IMG/VR virus record: IMGVR_UViG_3300046812_000237
Coordinates: 1-60,051 of that record
Strand: one strand, 5' to 3'
DNA from: a virus
Taxonomy: Duplodnaviria > Caudoviricetes
DNA length: 60,051 bases
Part shown: one piece after another, positions 48,590-56,913 of the stretch
How positions within the stretch are numbered: position 1 is the stretch's first letter
Layout of the letters: each line of letters begins with the position of its first letter
Position numbers and translations under genes: made by a program
Notes under the pieces: generated by a model
What the model was told of the DNA's origin: nothing
The model's input: only the letters and a program-made list of their open reading frames with translations
Database searches by the model: none

Positions 48590-49194
48590 GCGTCACCCTT
48601 TCCATCGGCAATAGCGGCTTGCTCGGCCTCTTTTATGAGAGCGCGAATTGTATTCGGTATGCAGAGGTTTCCATTTGAATGAACTGCCGCAAGTCCAACA
48701 ATGCCGCTGCGTGGTGGAATCACGACGCCTAATCCTTTCACGCAGGCTAGGCAAAAGATTTCAGCCTCCTTGATTGCGGCTTCAACTTGCGCCCGCTCGG
48801 CTCGCTTGATGCGCTCCAGCACGCCTGCGGAGTCGGGGGTGAGGGGCAGATTCGCCAGTTCATCCATGAGAATGAGCACGTGCGATTCCGCTTCCCGCAA
48901 ACGCATCGTGGCCTCACATTCCTGTGAGTATTCGTGACGCCTAGCGGCAATCTTCTTGGCGGTTTCATTGCAATAGGCGACCGCAGCCTCCCGCCCCGCC
49001 AGTTCCCCGGCGAGCTTGGCTTCGGCTGTAGCGTCGGCGAGCGTGGCTAGCTCGGCGCGGGAATTGATGCAGTAATAATTCCTACAAGTTTCAAGGGTGT
49101 CCACGCAGCATAAAGTTGCGTGTTGATGCCGCACCGCCCGCTCTAGAAACTTCGTCCCGCTCTCCTGCTCCCCCGCGCTGTGTTTGTCGGTCAT
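48586..49194 (-). CDS. hypothetical protein
   Basis: GAGG RBS, 202 aa. Confidence 0.5.
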   Translation of the reverse strand: MTDKHSAGEQESGTKFLERAVRHQHATLCCVDTLETCRNYYCINSRAELATLADATAEAKLAGELAGREAAVAYCNETAKKIAARRHEYSQECEATMRLREAESHVLILMDELANLPLTPDSAGVLERIKRAERAQVEAAIKEAEIFCLACVKGLGVVIPPRSGIVGLAAVHSNGNLCIPNTIRALIKEAEQAAIADGKGDA

Positions 49195-49496
49195 GGCTTC
49201 CTCGCTTTCCATAGAATCACGGCAAACATTATGGCGTAGCAGCCCAACACGAAAAATATTGACCATCTGTGATCTGCCCAACTTCCCTGCAAATCGGATG
49301 GGTTGGTCATCGGAAGAAGTCCAGCAACTTGTCGGCCCACGAGCGATAGGGCTGCATCTCCGGCGCTGGCTTGAACCGTTCGCCGCGGCGCTCGGCGCGA
49401 ATCCGGTCGAGGCGTTCGCGGGCGATGTCGTCGGCTTCATCCCGCGGGTCGGAGTACAGGTTTCCCTTTCCGCCATAAAATGCTTGTCCCATGAGT

Positions 49497-49772
49497 TCAC
49501 CCCTTCCTGAGAGATACCGACTGGCACTGCCAGCAAGCGGCGCCGAGCGGCCGGTTGTGCGGGCACATCGTTGGAGGGCGGTCTGGCGCGACAGGCTCGA
49601 GCGCGAGCGTGGGTTGCTCGGGCGGCTTGTTGCGCGGCCTGCCGGCCTTGCGCCGGGCGCGGTCCCACGCCGTCGTAAAGCACATGGGGCAACGGGACGG
49701 GCGCTTGTTGGAGTTATCGAAGCTGCCGCGGGCCCACCAGTGGTGTCCGCACTGCTCACAGATGCAATTCAT
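49497..49772 (-). CDS. small zinc-finger protein with AT-hook-like GRPR
   Basis: CEQCGHHW..RCPMC..W..RKAGRPR. Confidence 0.65.
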   Translation of the reverse strand: MNCICEQCGHHWWARGSFDNSNKRPSRCPMCFTTAWDRARRKAGRPRNKPPEQPTLALEPVAPDRPPTMCPHNRPLGAACWQCQSVSLRKG

Positions 49773-49942
49773 CTGTACCTCCCGTAGTTGTCATCGGCCG
49801 CGTCTTCGCGGGCTTCGTCTTCCATCTGCCGGTACATGGCGCGGACCTCGCGGTCGCACTCAGGCTCGCCGCAGGACTCCGGTTCGCGGGGATTGTTCTT
49901 GCCGGGACCGATCTCATCGCCGCACCACGCGCAGTTCATCGG

Positions 49943-50629
49943 TCACTCCTTTGGCAGGAACGGTGCGAAGACCGCGACTGCCTTCTCGAGCGCCGCGAGA
50001 GCGCCCTGCTCGGTGCGCGCGACGCTGGTGAGATGCGGCAGGCCGGAGTCGATCGAGGCCATGACTTCGGCTCTGGTCGCCGGCTTGCCGCAACGGAAGA
50101 ACTCGACCTGCGAGGGCTCGCCCATCGTAATCAACACCTGATTTGGCTGCGGGCGCCACACCGAGTAATCGCGGCAGGTCCACAGCATTGCGATGCCGGG
50201 GTTGCGCTGGATGGCGCCGACCCGGCGATCGTCGTGGTATCCGATGGTCTCATCGACCCTGCGCTCGGCCTCGGGGTTATTCATCCACGGGCAGTTCGAG
50301 ACCGACCACAGGGCGCACTCGCGGTGACAGGGAGGTTCTCCCGAGGTCCGGTTGACGCCGCACATGGGCCCGGCGACGAAGACCATCCAGCGGCCGAGCT
50401 GCTCGCCGCAGACCCAACAACGCTTCTCGCGAACCGCGCGCACCAGCTTGCGGATGTCCATGGCGCGGAACTCCCACAGGCCGGTCTTGTCGTCCTTGTC
50501 GACAAACCACGGCACGACGAAGCCGCGATGGTCGACGGGCAGACTTTTCATGCGTGCCGGCAGGGACGCGAGATTCTGCTTACTGGGATCGAGCCCGTGC
50601 TGCACGGGGCACTTCAGTTCTTCGGTCAT
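49943..50629 (-). CDS. Cys-rich hypothetical phage protein
   Basis: RGFVVPWFV..CWVCG..GPMC..EPPCH.ECA..CPW. Confidence 0.65.
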   Translation of the reverse strand: MTEELKCPVQHGLDPSKQNLASLPARMKSLPVDHRGFVVPWFVDKDDKTGLWEFRAMDIRKLVRAVREKRCWVCGEQLGRWMVFVAGPMCGVNRTSGEPPCHRECALWSVSNCPWMNNPEAERRVDETIGYHDDRRVGAIQRNPGIAMLWTCRDYSVWRPQPNQVLITMGEPSQVEFFRCGKPATRAEVMASIDSGLPHLTSVARTEQGALAALEKAVAVFAPFLPKE

Positions 50630-50837
50630 CGGGTGAACCCCCAACGTGTGATTTTCTCGGTGGCCTGGCCGAGGGAATTGATGGCGATGGCGAAGTCGCG
50701 CACGACGTCGACGACGACCTTGTTGCGCTGGTCCGGATCGAGAGTCGGGAGTTCCAGTCTGCGCAGGGCGCGATCGAGCTGCGAGATGGCGAAACGGATT
50801 CTGCGATCGACGGCTTGCTCGGTTCTGGTGTAGGCCA

Positions 50838-51095
50838 TTATTTCTTCCACTCGCGCAGTTTCTTTCCGGGATGCTGGCGCATCAGTTCCGCAGTGCCGCG
50901 AATCGCAGCTTCGGTCGCCAGCCTCATGTAGCCAGCGACGGCGGATAGTTCCGAGTTGAGCGTGCCCCATCGCTTTGGCTGCATGTATACCCGGCACATG
51001 GTGTCGGCCATGGTGGCGGCAAGGGCGGCGCCGTGCAACCAGGCGGCGATGCTGCGCGCCTCGCGCAGTGTGGTCGGACGCTCCTTGCGCCTCAC
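50838..51095 (-). CDS. hypothetical protein
   Basis: Coupled ORF in a chain of small genes. Confidence 0.5.
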   Translation of the reverse strand: MRRKERPTTLREARSIAAWLHGAALAATMADTMCRVYMQPKRWGTLNSELSAVAGYMRLATEAAIRGTAELMRQHPGKKLREWKK

Positions 51096-51851
51096 TGGAC
51101 CGACTCATCCGGATCAGTCGAGGCCCACACGGCCGCGCAGGACGCGCACATGGGCTTGACCTTGACGCTCTCGTAGTCCTTCTGGAAGCGCGCGCTGTAG
51201 ACCAGTTCCTTGTCGCACCCGCTGCATTTGGCAAAAGCAACGGGCACCGGCGGATCCGGCGGAAGCGTTCCCTTGTCGGCCATCAGCACAACCCGGTCAC
51301 CTGGTTTCATTGTTTTTCCCCTGGCACTTCTCACAGCCTTCAAAACATTCCGAGCAGTGCGCCGGCTGGTCGAACTCCTCACGGTGCCGCTCGAGGAAGA
51401 TGCGCCGCGCGATCATCGCGATGCCGGGATCGTGGCCGAGCATGGCGTCGATCAGCTGGTCGTCGGTTGGTTCCTTCATAAGTCCTCCTCGATGACCTTG
51501 CCGACCACCGGCCAGTACGGGCGCTGTTCCTCAAGGATGATGCCGCGCACCGGGCAGTCCCGGGTAGAAGTGCAGGCCCAGTGGAATTTTTCGACCTGCA
51601 GGAGCATGGCACCACACTCGGCGCAGAGCGGCGCGACATTCAGGCGCACCTGTAGTTTGAGTTGCTCGCTCATGGCATTGTCGAGGACGGCGCGACGTTC
51701 AAATCGTCGCCTGTCTCGGCCTCCATCACCAGAGGCTTCCACTTTCTTCCCACGAAATCGAACTGGTACACGAATCCGTTCTGGGTCAGGCCGTACAAAC
51801 AGCGATAGTCCTCCGACTCGGTCGCGGCGATCTGCTTGAACAGGACTCTCA

Positions 51852-52232
51852 TCAGTTGCCTCCGGCGCTCGTGGCCCTCGGCCAGGTATATTGCGGAACA
51901 ACCTGCGGCTTCACCGTCCGCAGGTACTCGATGTTGTAGGTCGTGCAGGAAACGATGGCTGTGGCGATGATGAGCGCCGCAGCAAAGACCAGTCTCCCGT
52001 AGAAGCGCCATTCCGCCGTGTGCCTGGAGACCTGGGCATCCAGTTCCAGTTCACGACGTTCGGTCTCGCACTCTGCTTCGCGTTTCATCTTCTCGATACG
52101 AAAGACTCGCTCATCGGCGCGGTTGGCCTCCTCGATTAGGCGCTCCCGTTCTTTGGTTTCCTTCTCGAGCGCGAGATCAACCTCAAAGGCGCGCTTCAGC
52201 CGTGCCTGCTTCTGTTCCACTGTTTCGCTCAT
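51852..52232 (-). CDS. coiled-coil protein with C-terminal TM segment
   Basis: Glu/Arg-rich coil followed by LVFAAALIIATAIV. Confidence 0.55.
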   Translation of the reverse strand: MSETVEQKQARLKRAFEVDLALEKETKERERLIEEANRADERVFRIEKMKREAECETERRELELDAQVSRHTAEWRFYGRLVFAAALIIATAIVSCTTYNIEYLRTVKPQVVPQYTWPRATSAGGN

Positions 52233-52380
52233 CGCTGCCACCTTTTGCAGGGGTGATGCTTCCGTGCTTCCCGGCAGGCATCGCAGAGTCCGCAAGGCCT
52301 GGTCCCGGTTTCCGACCACGCCATGATCGTCAGCATGGTGAACATCCCGAGCAGGAACGAACAGCCCACGACCCAACCGA

Positions 52381-52665
52381 TCATCGCTGCCACCTTTTCC
52401 GCTTCTCGGCGCACTTCACGCACGGGCACCGCGGATGATGCTCGACGATCGGCCCGGGCGGCGGATTCAGCATCCCTGCCCCCAGGCTCGCCGGATCATC
52501 CACCCGACCGTTTCCACTTGAAGCGCCACCTTCCTTGATCCAAGCCCGCACCAGCCCCGCAATCGTCATCCCGCGCAATTTCGCGATTTCGTCCAGCTCT
52601 TTCTTCTCCTGCGCCGACATTCGAATATTCACCACCGACTGCCTCGCACTCCGTAAATCTGCCAT
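52381..52665 (-). CDS. ribbon-helix-helix transcriptional regulator
   Basis: VVNIRMSAQEKKELDEIAKLRGMTIAGLVRAWI; first gene of the leftward operon. Confidence 0.75.
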   Translation of the reverse strand: MADLRSARQSVVNIRMSAQEKKELDEIAKLRGMTIAGLVRAWIKEGGASSGNGRVDDPASLGAGMLNPPPGPIVEHHPRCPCVKCAEKRKRWQR

Positions 52666-52673
52666 GGCTGAGT

Positions 52674-52713
52674 TGTATACACGAACGTGAATACAAGAGT
52701 CAAGTGTATACAC
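52674..52713 (-). promoter_or_regulatory. promoter with paired TGTATACAC operators
   Basis: TTGACT (52703-52698)-N18-TATACA; TGTATACAC at 52674 and 52705. Confidence 0.6.
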
Positions 52714-53071
52714 ACTCGCCCACACACTTTCCTCCGCGCCCCTTGCGGAGAATATTCGAAACGATTTTCCTCCGCACCCGCGCCTTCCCCGCCCCTTGCT
52801 CAATTCCGGGCTCCTGCCCTAATTGTCGGCACGCCGACATTCCACCCTCAACTGCATGAAAACGCTGTTTTTATTTATTTTTATTGAGTGGATGGAACCG
52901 AGTGACCGCTAGGGGTGGAGGGGGGGGGTGACCCCCTCGAAAATGCGGCGAGTACTAGAACTACTAGCACCAGGTCTGACACTGCTGAAAGCACAGGACT
53001 TAGCCTGGCTCGTACTAGTACGGCCGGCGCGCCGCAGGAGGGTCGAGCGCGCAAGAGTAATGCAATCAACA

Positions 53072-53099
53072 AAGTAACATAATGTTGATTAGCAATGGT
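53072..53099 (-). other. dif-like XerCD recombination site
   Basis: ACCATTGCTAA-TCAACA-TTATGTTACTT; right arm matches E. coli XerD arm TTATGTTAAAT at 9/11. Confidence 0.5.
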
Positions 53100-53353
53100 T
53101 CTAAGGCCTATCGTGCTGATAACGCGCCAGTTAGGCAAATGCGCGACCAATCGCCTGCCAGTGCTGCGCCGATCATGCGCCAATTTGAATGACTCGCGCC
53201 GGTTTGTGGTGCTTGATTAGTGCTTAGGGTAGCAGGGCAGAGAGCAGGAGCAAGGCACCCTGCGGGGCGTAGGGAACAGAGAGCATAGGCTCTAGGACCG
53301 TGGGACCGTCGCGCGGGCGTTTGGCAGTGGAATAGCGTGCGAATGGCGAGTGA

Positions 53354-53704
53354 CTAGTCGTCTGAGGCGTGGAGCGGGTCGTTAGGCTTGCGGTCTGGCG
53401 CATGCGTTGCGAGCGGGAGCGGGTCAATGTCCGTTAGCGTCGCGACTGCGAGCGGAATGTCTGAGGGGTTCACCTCGGGCACTAAGCCATCCGGCGCGCT
53501 ATCGGTGCGCGAGCTGGAGCCCGGCGCAGCGCTGGCGTAGCGTAGGCCAAACACCACGACACGCCTACAGTCTCGGCAGGTAGCGCGCCAGTGTCCGGGG
53601 GCCAGTCTAGTGCGCGATGGATAGCCGCAAGCCGGACACGTCCAGACTAGCGTGCCTATGAATTGCGCGCGCACAGGGAAACGGTCTTCTTGTCTCTGCG
53701 CCAT
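53354..53704 (-). CDS. zinc-ribbon hypothetical protein
   Basis: WTCPACG..CRDC. Confidence 0.5.
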   Translation of the reverse strand: MAQRQEDRFPVRAQFIGTLVWTCPACGYPSRTRLAPGHWRATCRDCRRVVVFGLRYASAAPGSSSRTDSAPDGLVPEVNPSDIPLAVATLTDIDPLPLATHAPDRKPNDPLHASDD

Positions 53705-53707
53705 GCG

Positions 53708-53917
53708 TTAGACCGTGGGCGCGTTAGCTGTGACTAGCGCGTCGCGTTTGAGCCTGGTACTAGTACTCGGCCGGGGGCCCGGCTTGCGTCGGTCTCTGCG
53801 CCAAGCCGAGGTGTCGCACTTCGCGCAGCGCTTGGGCACGTGGCGAGCTGTCCAGACGTGGCCGCAGTTCCGGCAGGTGCACTGCCATACGCTTAGGCGT
53901 TTAAGGTTCGCCGTCAT
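53708..53917 (-). CDS. small zinc-finger protein (paralog of 49497-49772)
   Basis: CRNCGHVWTAR..PKRCAKC..AW; own promoter TTGACA (53953-53948)-N18-AACACT. Confidence 0.65.
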   Translation of the reverse strand: MTANLKRLSVWQCTCRNCGHVWTARHVPKRCAKCDTSAWRRDRRKPGPRPSTSTRLKRDALVTANAPTV

Positions 53918-54055
53918 GGCGCGAGTGTTTTCCGCCTACCGCGCCACTGTCAACACGCCGGCCGAGTACCAGTACTCTCGGGCCTTTCGTCTCATGCGAG
54001 TACTGTTGACTAATTCATGCGACTAGCCGCACTATCTAGGCGGAGGTATCACACT

Positions 54056-54268
54056 ATGTATGATGACAGCGAATACTTCGAGCGCGCGCAGTTTGCGGAC
54101 CCGGGCGGGCGTTCTGCTCTACGTGCTTCGAGCAAGCGCAACCCGCGCAACCTGCCGTGTCCTAACTGCGGCGCAAAAAACAAACTAACTCCGGCGGACC
54201 GTGCGCGCGGTTATCAGTGTGACTCATGCGCGGACCGTGCCGAGGGTCGCATGGGGGGCGAGTACTAA
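54056..54268 (+). CDS. small Zn-binding early protein
   Basis: GGAGG RBS; NPRNLPCPNCG..YQCDSCAD. Confidence 0.7.
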   Translation: MYDDSEYFERAQFADPGGRSALRASSKRNPRNLPCPNCGAKNKLTPADRARGYQCDSCADRAEGRMGGEY

Positions 54269-54439
54269 TGTTTATACCATTCTGGATTCTCGTGCTTCTG
54301 GTGGTCGTGCTCTTAGCAGGTCCTAGAGAGTGCGAGTGCGAGCAAGTGAAACCCGAGGCTCCTAGGGCGCGCGAGCGCGCGTTTGTGGGCCCGTGTACGG
54401 CGGATGACGTTGACCGAATCTTGCGACGAGGTAACTACC

Positions 54440-55108
54440 ATGTTTGATGATTACACGCCACAAGGCGGATTGCAGTTCCCTACGAGTGTTCCGCTGGCCG
54501 AAAAGTATAGGCCGCGAACCATTGGCGAGTTTATCGGCCTAGAGAAACCGCGCAAGGTCATAGGCGGATTTGCCAAACGTCCAACGTCGTGCGCGTGGGT
54601 GTTTGTGGGCCCGTCCGGCGTTGGCAAGTCTACGTTAGCGCTAGCGCTTGCGACCGAATTGCGCGCAGATTTTCACCACATTCCGTCGCAGCGCTGCAAT
54701 GTCGAAACCATTAACGATACGGTGCGGATGTGCTGGTACGTGCCTAAGTTTGGGACGTTTCACCTCGTGCTAGTTGATGAGGCCGATAAGATGTCTCCCG
54801 CAGCGCAGCTAGCGCTTCTGTCTAAGCTGGATTCAACGGACCCGCCTCCTAACACTATCTTTGTCTTCACCTGTAACACCACGGAACTCCTAGAGCAGAG
54901 GTTTCTGTCCCGTACGCGCGTGCTTGAGTTTTCATCCTATGGCATGCGCGACGCGCTAGCGCAGTTTCTTGCAAAAGTGTGGTCCGCTGAGACCGCAAAC
55001 GCTCCTGGGCCTGACTTTCCGCGCATTGCAAAAGATAGCTGTAATAACGTGCGCGACGCATTGAACACGTTAGAAGTGGAACTCTTATCTAGGGACGGTG
55101 CCGAATGA
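54440..55108 (+). CDS. clamp-loader-clade AAA+ ATPase (RFC/DnaX/RarA-like)
   Basis: LAEKYRP, GPSGVGKS, LVDEAD, FTCN, FLSR, VRDALNTLE. Confidence 0.88.
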   Translation: MFDDYTPQGGLQFPTSVPLAEKYRPRTIGEFIGLEKPRKVIGGFAKRPTSCAWVFVGPSGVGKSTLALALATELRADFHHIPSQRCNVETINDTVRMCWYVPKFGTFHLVLVDEADKMSPAAQLALLSKLDSTDPPPNTIFVFTCNTTELLEQRFLSRTRVLEFSSYGMRDALAQFLAKVWSAETANAPGPDFPRIAKDSCNNVRDALNTLEVELLSRDGAE

Positions 55109-55699
55109 AACCAACATATAGGCCTGTACGTGTTTGCATTCACTGCGGTGCGCGCTTTGTCACTCGCGCGCGGGAGACCTCGCCTGTCCCTTTCAGTCGC
55201 TTCTACTGTGTCCCGTGCTTGCGTGAGTCGCGCGCGAGATACAAGCGCGAGGGTATTAGCCTTAAACCCATTGTCGAGGTGCGACCGTGACGCGCGAATG
55301 GATTGACCTCACGCCGGAGCAGTACGCGCGCGCTGTCCGCACATCTTATTCCGGCGGTTCCTCGTGGTATTACACGCCTGACTATCCGCTCCGCTGCCTA
55401 GTCGCGCACGGTCAAAGTCCTATGGACGTTTACAGGGCTTTTGAGTCCGGCGCGCCTACTGTCCGAATGGAACTGTTTCGCGAATGGAGGGCCCCAAGAT
55501 GAGAACCGAGGCCGAAGCAATCAAGATCGCGCGCAAGCGCGCCCACTTTACGCACGAGGTGCGCTTTGTAGTGTTTGACCGCTCTGCCGATAACGGCGAG
55601 GGCCCGTACCACGTCGCAACCGAGGAAGACCTAGACACATTTTTCGATGGAATCCCGGAAAGGGACATTCTGTTCTGTACTGATGAGGTGACACCGTGA
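55105..55699 (+). other. three short coupled hypothetical ORFs (55105-55290, 55287-55502, 55499-55699)
   Basis: 4-bp overlaps and RBSs. Confidence 0.5.
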
Positions 55700-56346
55700 A
55701 AAGCAAAGCACTACGCAAGCGCGAGCGCGAGTCTAATACCGTGCTCAAGGTTCCAAACACGCCGGAGGGCCAGCAATTCCTAGCGGACTTTCGGAAGTAT
55801 AGGGTGTCCGGCGTGCGGGTGTGGGCCCGGGCCCGAGGTCCGCGCGCAGTTCACGCACGCGCAGCATTTGCCGACAAAGTCACGCCCGAGCGCTTGCGCT
55901 TTGCCGCGCGATGGTATGACCAAGACTTGCCGCGCGAACACGCGACCTATTGGGGCGTGTACGTTTGGAAGCCCACCGAGCGCTCGCGCCAAGCCGAGGA
56001 GTACCGCAACGTCCGCGCGCGCGCGTGGGAACTCGAAAAGCGTGTTAAGGCTCTCGAATCGGTCGCAATCGCGCCGGAAGAACTGCGCGCGGAAGTGGCG
56101 AGCCTCCGGCGTGACAAGGCCATTCTCACTCAGCAGCGCGACCAAGCGCTCGCCGAGGCCCGAGACCAGCAACCCGCGAACGATAACCGCGAAGTAAAGC
56201 GTTTGAACGCCGACCGCGCCGAACTCATGCGCCAGCGGGACCTAACCCAGAAGACCAACGACCGACTGCGCGAGCACGTGCGCGAACTGAAAGCCGAGGT
56301 GCTAGCGCTCCGCGCCGTGCGCCGACCCGGAGGGATACTAAATTGA
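55696..56346 (+). CDS. hypothetical protein with C-terminal coiled coil
   Basis: GAGG RBS, heptad-rich tail. Confidence 0.6.
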   Translation: MKSKALRKRERESNTVLKVPNTPEGQQFLADFRKYRVSGVRVWARARGPRAVHARAAFADKVTPERLRFAARWYDQDLPREHATYWGVYVWKPTERSRQAEEYRNVRARAWELEKRVKALESVAIAPEELRAEVASLRRDKAILTQQRDQALAEARDQQPANDNREVKRLNADRAELMRQRDLTQKTNDRLREHVRELKAEVLALRAVRRPGGILN

Positions 56347-56714
56347 AATACGCACCGCAGGACGCACGCGAACTACTGCACGCCGCTTGCAACGCCGTGG
56401 AGCTACTCGGGGAGGTCGAGCGGCAGACGGGCGCAATCTACCCCGAGCGCACCGCCCTTGCCATCGCTGCCGAGCGCGCCGAGCCCGTCCATGACGGCAA
56501 GCGCGCAAAGGGCAGCGCTTTCCTTTTCGCACCGCCGAGGCCCGAGGCCGTAGCCGGTCTAGTCGAGGCCGCGCGCTCCGCGCTTGCACTGTGCCAACGC
56601 ATACAGGCGGAAGACATCGCGCAGGCCGCAGAGTGGGACCAACTGCCCTACCCCGAGGCCGATCGTTTGGAACTTGCCCTAATCCCATTCCCGGAGGAAA
56701 ACCATGCAATTTGA
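56343..56714 (+). CDS. hypothetical protein
   Basis: Coupled ORF. Confidence 0.5.
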   Translation: MKYAPQDARELLHAACNAVELLGEVERQTGAIYPERTALAIAAERAEPVHDGKRAKGSAFLFAPPRPEAVAGLVEAARSALALCQRIQAEDIAQAAEWDQLPYPEADRLELALIPFPEENHAI

Positions 56715-56913
56715 ACTAAGCGACTCAGAACGTTACCTGCTCCTATCCCTGCTAGAACGCGCCGCCGAGGACATCGCCGAGTATTACGGCGGGCCCTTCG
56801 CGGAGGTCGATTTTGGCGCCGAGTATCCCGAGGCCAAGGCGCGCGCCGATGCCGAGGCCGACTTTGCCGGAGTGCTGATTCATCGCCTGTTCCCGCCGGA
56901 GGTGCAATCTTGA
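56704..56913 (+). CDS. small acidic hypothetical protein
   Basis: GGAGG RBS. Confidence 0.55.
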   Translation: MQFELSDSERYLLLSLLERAAEDIAEYYGGPFAEVDFGAEYPEAKARADAEADFAGVLIHRLFPPEVQS

